DNA from: Dehalococcoidia bacterium
GTDB taxonomy: Bacteria; Chloroflexota; Dehalococcoidia; UBA2979
Direction of reading: 5' to 3'
NCBI GenBank assembly: GCA_963667465.2
Contig: CAXXDN010000001.1
Location: forward strand, 928,001 to 992,000
DNA: 64,000 nt
A model generated the notes under the pieces. The model was not told where the DNA came from and searched no databases. It saw nothing but the letters and a program-made list of their open reading frames with translations. Below are positions 56,287 to 64,000 of this stretch, piece after piece; position 1 is the first letter of the stretch, and each line of letters opens with the position of its first letter. The position numbers and the translations under genes were made by a program.

Positions 56287-57396
56287 ATGCGCGCACTCGT
56301 CATCGGCGGCACCGCGGCCACCGGCCCGCCGGTCGTGCGGCGGCTGCTCGATCGTGGCTACGACGTGACCCTCTACCACCGCGGGCTGCACGAGGCCGGC
56401 TCTCTCCCGGACGACCTCGAGCACATCCACGGCGAGCCGCACTTCGAGGAGACGATTGCGCGCGACCTCGCGGGTCGCAGCTTCGACCTGGTCGTGGCGA
56501 CGTATGGCCGCATCCGCTACCTGGCCGAGGCCCTCGAGGGCAAGACGCCGCGCCTGATCACGATCGGCGGGTTCCCCGTCATGAAGGGCTGGATGCACGT
56601 CCGCGATCCGCACAACGCCGAGCATGACGGCCCGGTGCTGACTCCGGGGTTCGAGGAGAACGAGTTGGAAGAGGCCGGCGTCGACGCCTTCGTCGATCGC
56701 ATGATCGAGACGGAGCGCGCGGTCATGGACCGCCACGCGGCCGGACACTACGAGGCGACGCACTTCCGTTATCCGTACGTCTACGGGCCACACAGCATCG
56801 TCTCGAGCGAGTGGCGGATCATCAAGCGAGTCCTCGACGATCGGAAGCGCTTCATCATCCAGGGCGGCGGGCTCACGCTCAGCACGCGTTGCGCCTCGGA
56901 GAATGTCGGTCACGCCATCGCGCTGGCGATCGATCAGCCCGAGAACTCAGCCGGGCAGATCTACCACCTCGCCGACGATGTGCAGTTCACCGCGCAGCAG
57001 TGGGTCGAGTTGATCGCCGGGATCCTCGGCTACGAGTTCGAGTTCGTCGAGATTCCGTGGAGTATCGCGCCGCCGGGGCGGACGTTCGTGCCGCTCAGCG
57101 GGCAGCCGTTTCACCGGCTGATGAGCAACGCCAAACTGCGCGGCGACCTCGGCTATCGGGACGCCGTGCGGCCGCAGGACTGGGTGCGGACGACGGTCGA
57201 GTGGTGGCTGGAGCATCCACCGGCGGTGGATGGAGAAGGCAACAGCATGAAAGCGCGCGACTTCGACTACGAGGGCGAGGACCGGCTGCTCGCGGCCTGG
57301 GACGAGTTGCTGGCCAGCGCGCCCGATGTCTTCTCCGAGCGCGTCTACTTCCGGCACCCGTACCCGCACCCGAAGCAGCTCGGCGACCTGCTCTAG
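56287..57396 (+). CDS. NAD-dependent epimerase/dehydratase family protein
   Basis: MRALVIGGT, RYPYVYGP, GQIYHLAD. Confidence 0.8.
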   Translation: MRALVIGGTAATGPPVVRRLLDRGYDVTLYHRGLHEAGSLPDDLEHIHGEPHFEETIARDLAGRSFDLVVATYGRIRYLAEALEGKTPRLITIGGFPVMKGWMHVRDPHNAEHDGPVLTPGFEENELEEAGVDAFVDRMIETERAVMDRHAAGHYEATHFRYPYVYGPHSIVSSEWRIIKRVLDDRKRFIIQGGGLTLSTRCASENVGHAIALAIDQPENSAGQIYHLADDVQFTAQQWVELIAGILGYEFEFVEIPWSIAPPGRTFVPLSGQPFHRLMSNAKLRGDLGYRDAVRPQDWVRTTVEWWLEHPPAVDGEGNSMKARDFDYEGEDRLLAAWDELLASAPDVFSERVYFRHPYPHPKQLGDLL

Positions 57397-57457
57397 CCGC
57401 TCCGCCGCCGCGCAGCTTCGCGGCTGCCGGGCCGGATCGGCAGGCGGGAGGGACACG

Positions 57458-58480
57458 ATGCGGGTCTACGCCTCGACCGACCCGAACATGCCGCTGGAGG
57501 AGGTTGGCGCCTACGCACGGCGCGTGGAGCGCATGGGCTTCGACGGTCTGCGGGTGCCGGAGACAGTCCACGACGGGCTCATGGTCTCGCTGCTCGCGCT
57601 CGAGCACACGACGCAGCTGCACGTGCGGAGTTCGGTGATCCTCGCCTTCCCGCGCAGCCCGATGGTGGTGGCTTATGCGGCATGGGACCTCCAGCGCATG
57701 TCGGGCGGGCGCTTCGGGCTGGGGCTCGGCACGCAGATCCGCGCCAACATCGAGGGGCGGTTCTCCGTGCCCTGGCGCGCGCCGGTGGCGCGCATGCGCG
57801 AGTACCTGCAAGCGCTGCAAGCCATCTTCGCCGCCTTCCAGGACGGCGCCGCCCTCGACTTCCAAGGGGAGCACTACCGCTTCACGCGCCTCCAGCCCTA
57901 CTTCAACCCTGGCCCGATCGAGGCGCCGCCGCCTCCGCTCCTCCTCGGAGCGGTGAACCGCCACCTGAGCGAGGTGGCGGGCGAGCTCTGCGCCGGCCTT
58001 GTCACCCACCCGACGAACTCCAGCCCGCGCTTTCTGCGCGAGGTCACGCGACCGGCGCTGGCCGCGGGCGCCGAGCGCGGCGGACGCAGCCTCGAGGAGA
58101 TCGAGCTCGTCGCCGGAACCTCGATCATCACCGGGCGCGATGCGGCGGAGCTGGCGGCGGCGCGCGACCCGGCGCGGCGGATGCTCGCCTTCCTCTACTC
58201 GACGCCGCTGTACTGGCCCACGCTCGAGACGCACGGTTGGGGAGACCTCGGGCAGCGCTTGCGCGAGCTCACGCGCGAGGGCCGCTGGGACGACCTTCCC
58301 GCCCTCTTCGGTGACGAGGTGCTCGACGCGCTTGTGCCGCAGGGGACGTACGGCGAGATCGCGGACGTGCTGCTCGAGCGCTACCGGGGGTTGGCGGACG
58401 GCCTCGGGCTCGCTCCGCCGGAGAATCCGGCGCACGACGACGAGGTCGCGGCGGTGATCCGGCAGCTGCAGGCGGGGTAG
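57458..58480 (+). CDS. LLM-class F420-dependent oxidoreductase (TIGR03617-like)
   Basis: ETVHD, AFPRSPM..AYAAWDLQRMSGGRFGLGLGTQIR, FLYSTP.Y. Confidence 0.88.
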   Translation: MRVYASTDPNMPLEEVGAYARRVERMGFDGLRVPETVHDGLMVSLLALEHTTQLHVRSSVILAFPRSPMVVAYAAWDLQRMSGGRFGLGLGTQIRANIEGRFSVPWRAPVARMREYLQALQAIFAAFQDGAALDFQGEHYRFTRLQPYFNPGPIEAPPPPLLLGAVNRHLSEVAGELCAGLVTHPTNSSPRFLREVTRPALAAGAERGGRSLEEIELVAGTSIITGRDAAELAAARDPARRMLAFLYSTPLYWPTLETHGWGDLGQRLRELTREGRWDDLPALFGDEVLDALVPQGTYGEIADVLLERYRGLADGLGLAPPENPAHDDEVAAVIRQLQAG

Positions 58481-58563
58481 TCTGGGCCGCCGTCGTCGTA
58501 CGATTGGCGCGCGCCGTGCAGCGCGCCGCCAGGCGGGCCCGCCGCGGGTGAGGAGCATGTCCG

Positions 58564-59766
58564 ATGGCAGCGCCCCTCGATGAGATTCGTGTGCTCGAGG
58601 TCGCGAACTGGCTGGCCGCGCCGGCCGCCGCGGCCCTCATGGCCGACCTCGGCGCCGACGTCGTCAAGGTTGAGCCTCCCGGAGGCGATGCCTTCCGCGG
58701 GGTGCTGCAGGCGCACGCGCCGGACGCACAGCTCCTGCCGGGCTTCGAGCTCGACAACCGGGGCAAGCGCTCCGTCGCGGTGGACCTGGAGCGTTCCGGC
58801 GGCCCCGATCTCGTTCGGCGACTCTCCGTCGGCGCCGATGTCTTCATCACCAACCTGACTCGCCATCGCGTCGAGCGCTACGGCCTCGGCTTCGAGGAAA
58901 TCCGCGCCATCAACCCCCGCGTCGTGTACGTCGCGTTTAGCGGCTACGGGTCGAGCGGCCCCGACGCCGACCGCGGGGGCTTCGACTACCTCGCGTTCTG
59001 GGCGCGCTCCGGGATCATGGGCGCGCTCGGCGAGTCCGGCGACGCGCCGGTGATGGCGCGCGGCGGACAGGGCGACCACACCACCTCGCTCAACATCCTC
59101 GCCGCCACGCTCGCCGCCTTGCGCCTCCGGGACCAGACCGGCGAGGCGCAACGCGTCGAGGTGACGCTCCAACTGACCGGAATGTGGACCATCGGCACGG
59201 ACGTGCAGAACGCCCTGCAGTCGGCCGAGCAGCCGGCGAAGGTCGACCGGCGCTCGCCCCGGAACGCGCTCGCCAACAGCTACCCGACGCGCGACGGCCG
59301 CTGGCTGCTGCTGATGATGCCGCAGGCGGAACGCTATTGGCCGCGCCTCTGCGAGGCGATCCGCGAGCCCGGCTGGGCCACCGCCGAGCGCTACGACTCG
59401 ATCGCGAAGCTGCTGGCTCACGGGCCGGAGCTGGCCGAGGCGCTGGAGCAGCGTTTCCTGGGTGAAGACCTCGCTACCTGGAGAACTCGCCTCGACGAGG
59501 CTGGCTGCCTCTGGGCGCCGGTCGCGGATCTCCCCGAGGTGGTCGACGACCCGCAGCCTCGTGCGATGGGCGCCTTCGCCACGGTCGATCACCCGCGCGA
59601 GGGGCCATTCCAGATCCTCAACGCTCCGTTCCGGATCGACGGCGCGGACATCGCGGTTCGCGGGGCCGCGCCGGACATCGGCGCCCACACGCACGAGGTG
59701 CTGCGGGAGGCGGGCCTCAGCGACCAGGAGATCGCACAGCTCGCCGCCGGCCGCGTCCTCGGGTAG
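58564..59766 (+). CDS. Class III CoA-transferase (CaiB/BaiF)
   Basis: MADLGADVVKVEPPGGD, NRGKRS, GYGSSGPD, GDHTT. Confidence 0.9.
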   Translation: MAAPLDEIRVLEVANWLAAPAAAALMADLGADVVKVEPPGGDAFRGVLQAHAPDAQLLPGFELDNRGKRSVAVDLERSGGPDLVRRLSVGADVFITNLTRHRVERYGLGFEEIRAINPRVVYVAFSGYGSSGPDADRGGFDYLAFWARSGIMGALGESGDAPVMARGGQGDHTTSLNILAATLAALRLRDQTGEAQRVEVTLQLTGMWTIGTDVQNALQSAEQPAKVDRRSPRNALANSYPTRDGRWLLLMMPQAERYWPRLCEAIREPGWATAERYDSIAKLLAHGPELAEALEQRFLGEDLATWRTRLDEAGCLWAPVADLPEVVDDPQPRAMGAFATVDHPREGPFQILNAPFRIDGADIAVRGAAPDIGAHTHEVLREAGLSDQEIAQLAAGRVLG

Positions 59767-59905
59767 CGCGCAGGCCGCGCCCGTCGCCGGCGCTCCCGGG
59801 CACGCCGCCGCCGCCCTCCGCTATCGCCTGCGCCGCCCGCGTGCTCAACTGGTCGGAGCGCCGTTGACCCGGCACTCCCAAACCTGATCTCACCCGGAGC
59901 CCGTT

Positions 59906-61783
<1,878 letters not shown>

Positions 61784-61877
61784 CCAACAAGTCCCTCGCA
61801 GGCTTGCAGTATGCTTCCGGCGCTTCGCGTGACGGGCGGGCGCCGTACGTCCGCTTGAGGAAAGCGAGGGCCGGCCG

Positions 61878-63077
61878 ATGGCCGATCGCAGCGAGCCCCT
61901 GAAGTTCGGGATCTTCGCGCAACCCTTCCACGAGCCCGGCGAACATCCGACCGTCGCCTACGAGCGCGACATGGAGGTGATCGAGCTCCTCGACCGCCTC
62001 AACTTCGACGAGGCCTGGATCGGCGAGCATCACAGCGCCGGCTGGGAAACCGTCGGCGACCCGGCGCTGTTCATCGCGGCCGCCGCCCAGCGCACGAGGC
62101 GCATCCGGCTCGGCACGGGCGTGGTCAGCCTGCCCTACCACCACCCCTTCACGCTGGCCCATCGCATGGTCCAGCTCGACCACCTGACGCGAGGCCGCAT
62201 CAACTTCGGCGTCGGCCCCGGCGCGCTCTACTCCGACGCCTACCAGCTCGGCATCGAGCCGACGACGCAGCGGCGGCGGATGAGCGAGGCGCTCGACGCG
62301 ATCATGCGCCTGCTCCGCGGCGAGGTGGTGACGGAGCAGACGGAGTGGTACGAACTGCGCGACGCGCGCCTGCAGCTGGCCTCCTACCAGCAGCCGCATG
62401 TCCCGGTCTTCGTCGCGCATGCCACCTCGCCCGCCGGCGCGCAGGCGGCCGGGCGGCAGGGCGTGGGAATGCTCTCCGTCGCCTCCTCCGAGCTGGCCGG
62501 CGGCCTCGGCACGATGTCCCAGGCCTGGGACTGGGCCAGCGAGGAAGCCGGGCGCCACGGCAAGGAGTTCGATCGCCGCAACTGGCGCGTCACCATGACC
62601 ATGCACCTCGCCGACTCGCGCGAAGAGGCGCTCGCGGACATCCGCGAGGGCGTGCTCGCCCTCAACCGCGGCTACTTCGGCACGCTCGGGATCCGTTTCG
62701 AGGATGGTCACGACAGCGTCGACTGGCTCGCGCAGCAGTCCGGCGCGGCGATCGGCACGCCCGACGACGCGGTGGCCGCGATCGAGGAGGTCCTCGAGGC
62801 CTCCGGGGGGGTCGGCGGCATCCTCATCAACCATCGCGAGTGGGCGCGCACGACCGGGCGGATGCGGCGCAGCTACGAGCTCTTCGCCCGCCACGTCATG
62901 CCGCGCTTCCAGGGCCAGGCGCAGCCCTTCGAGGACAGCCTCGAGTGGGCGCGCGAGGGGCATCGCACGCTCTTCCGCCCGGTGCGCGCCGCGCAGCGCC
63001 AGGCCTTCGTCGACGCCGGCATCGAGGTGCCGGACGAGCTGCGCCCGCGCGGCCGCACCCCGGAGCCGGAAGGCTAG
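61878..63077 (+). CDS. LLM-class flavin-dependent monooxygenase
   Basis: WIGEHHSAGWE, SLPYHHPF, LDHLTRGR; paralog of 12488-13666. Confidence 0.88.
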   Translation: MADRSEPLKFGIFAQPFHEPGEHPTVAYERDMEVIELLDRLNFDEAWIGEHHSAGWETVGDPALFIAAAAQRTRRIRLGTGVVSLPYHHPFTLAHRMVQLDHLTRGRINFGVGPGALYSDAYQLGIEPTTQRRRMSEALDAIMRLLRGEVVTEQTEWYELRDARLQLASYQQPHVPVFVAHATSPAGAQAAGRQGVGMLSVASSELAGGLGTMSQAWDWASEEAGRHGKEFDRRNWRVTMTMHLADSREEALADIREGVLALNRGYFGTLGIRFEDGHDSVDWLAQQSGAAIGTPDDAVAAIEEVLEASGGVGGILINHREWARTTGRMRRSYELFARHVMPRFQGQAQPFEDSLEWAREGHRTLFRPVRAAQRQAFVDAGIEVPDELRPRGRTPEPEG

Positions 63078-63233
63078 CGGAAGCGCGGTCGCGGTCCTCC
63101 AGCCGGCGGTGGGCGACCCGGAAGCGGGAACCAGCGACGGCGGGCGATGGCGAGCGGAGACCCTATACTCCAGCTGCATGCCGCGCTCGCTTCTCTCAGC
63201 GACGAAGGTGGCACGACGAGAGGCGGATGAGCG

Positions 63234-64000
63234 ATGCCGAACGAGGTTCTGATCGACGAGCGCGGACCGGTCACGGTCGTCAAGATCAACCGGCCCGAGC
63301 GGCTCAATGCCTGGAGCCGCGACGTGACGGCGCAGCTCGGCGAGTACCTCGCCAGCCTCAACGAGGGCGAGTACGGGACCCGCTGCATCGTGCTCACGGG
63401 TGAAGGGCGCGCCTTCTGCTCGGGCGCCGATGTCGGCGGGCTCGCCAACAGCGCCCAGGGCGGCCGCCCGGCCTGGCGCCCACCGCACACCGACTACCAC
63501 CCCGCCGATCTGCTGCGGCGTTGCGACGTTCCGATCGTGGGTGCGATCAACGGCTATGCGATCGGCATGGGCTTCGGGATCGCCCTCGCGACCGATATCC
63601 GCATCGCCGCCGATGACGCGCGCTTCCAGGTCACGCAGATGAAGCGCGGCCTCTTCGCGGACGGAGGCCTCGGTCACCTGCTGCCGCAGGCCGTCGGCGA
63701 CCAGCGCGCCCTGGAGCTGATGTATACGGCGCGGATGGTGGAGGCCGAGGAGGCGCTGGAGCTGGGGATCGTGCTGAAGGTCGTCCCGCGCGAGGAGCTC
63801 ATGGACGCCGCGCTCGAGCTCGCCGGGCAGATCGCGGCCAGTGGCCCGATGGGGCTCGCGGCCTCCAAGCGTGTCGTCTACCAGCGCACCGAGGAGCCCT
63901 GGCAGCGCTCGCAGGAGTTCACGGGCCTCGTGATCGAACGGTTCTTTCTCACCGAGGACTTCAAGGAAGGCGTCCAGTCCTTCGTCGAACGCCGCGAGCC
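63234..64000 (+). CDS. Enoyl-CoA hydratase/isomerase, 3'-truncated by window edge (absent from ORF track)
   Basis: Manual translation MPNEVLIDERGPVTVVKINRPERLNA...AFCSGADV...AINGYAIGMG...TEDFKEGVQSF, open to the window end. Confidence 0.87.
   Translation, partial: MPNEVLIDERGPVTVVKINRPERLNAWSRDVTAQLGEYLASLNEGEYGTRCIVLTGEGRAFCSGADVGGLANSAQGGRPAWRPPHTDYHPADLLRRCDVPIVGAINGYAIGMGFGIALATDIRIAADDARFQVTQMKRGLFADGGLGHLLPQAVGDQRALELMYTARMVEAEEALELGIVLKVVPREELMDAALELAGQIAASGPMGLAASKRVVYQRTEEPWQRSQEFTGLVIERFFLTEDFKEGVQSFVERRE

Overview
High-GC bacterial chromosomal window, probably Chloroflexota/Dehalococcoidia (SAR202/Tepidiformales-like). That taxon call is an inference from the paralog-rich catabolic content: 4 luciferase-like monooxygenases, 5 enoyl-CoA hydratases, 3 class III CoA-transferases and a tandem pair of carboxyltransferases. 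It holds about 55 CDS, a tRNA-Gly(CCC) and a dispersed REP-like repeat family. The most notable feature is a complete IS110-family element (25000-26491) inserted at a CT core inside a REP copy. Its left non-coding end contains a bridge RNA readable from the sequence: a target-binding loop matching the REP and a donor-binding loop matching the element's own circle junction, with a sigma70-type promoter rebuilt on circularisation. Other points of interest are a ~15 kb co-oriented acyl-CoA/ETF block with two cluster-less Rieske-fold proteins, two small paralogous unknown proteins and a CbbQ/CbbO-like chaperone pair with no visible client; a typA with no canonical start codon (probably ATC); and a lipoprotein gene interrupted by one in-frame TAG next to the IS.
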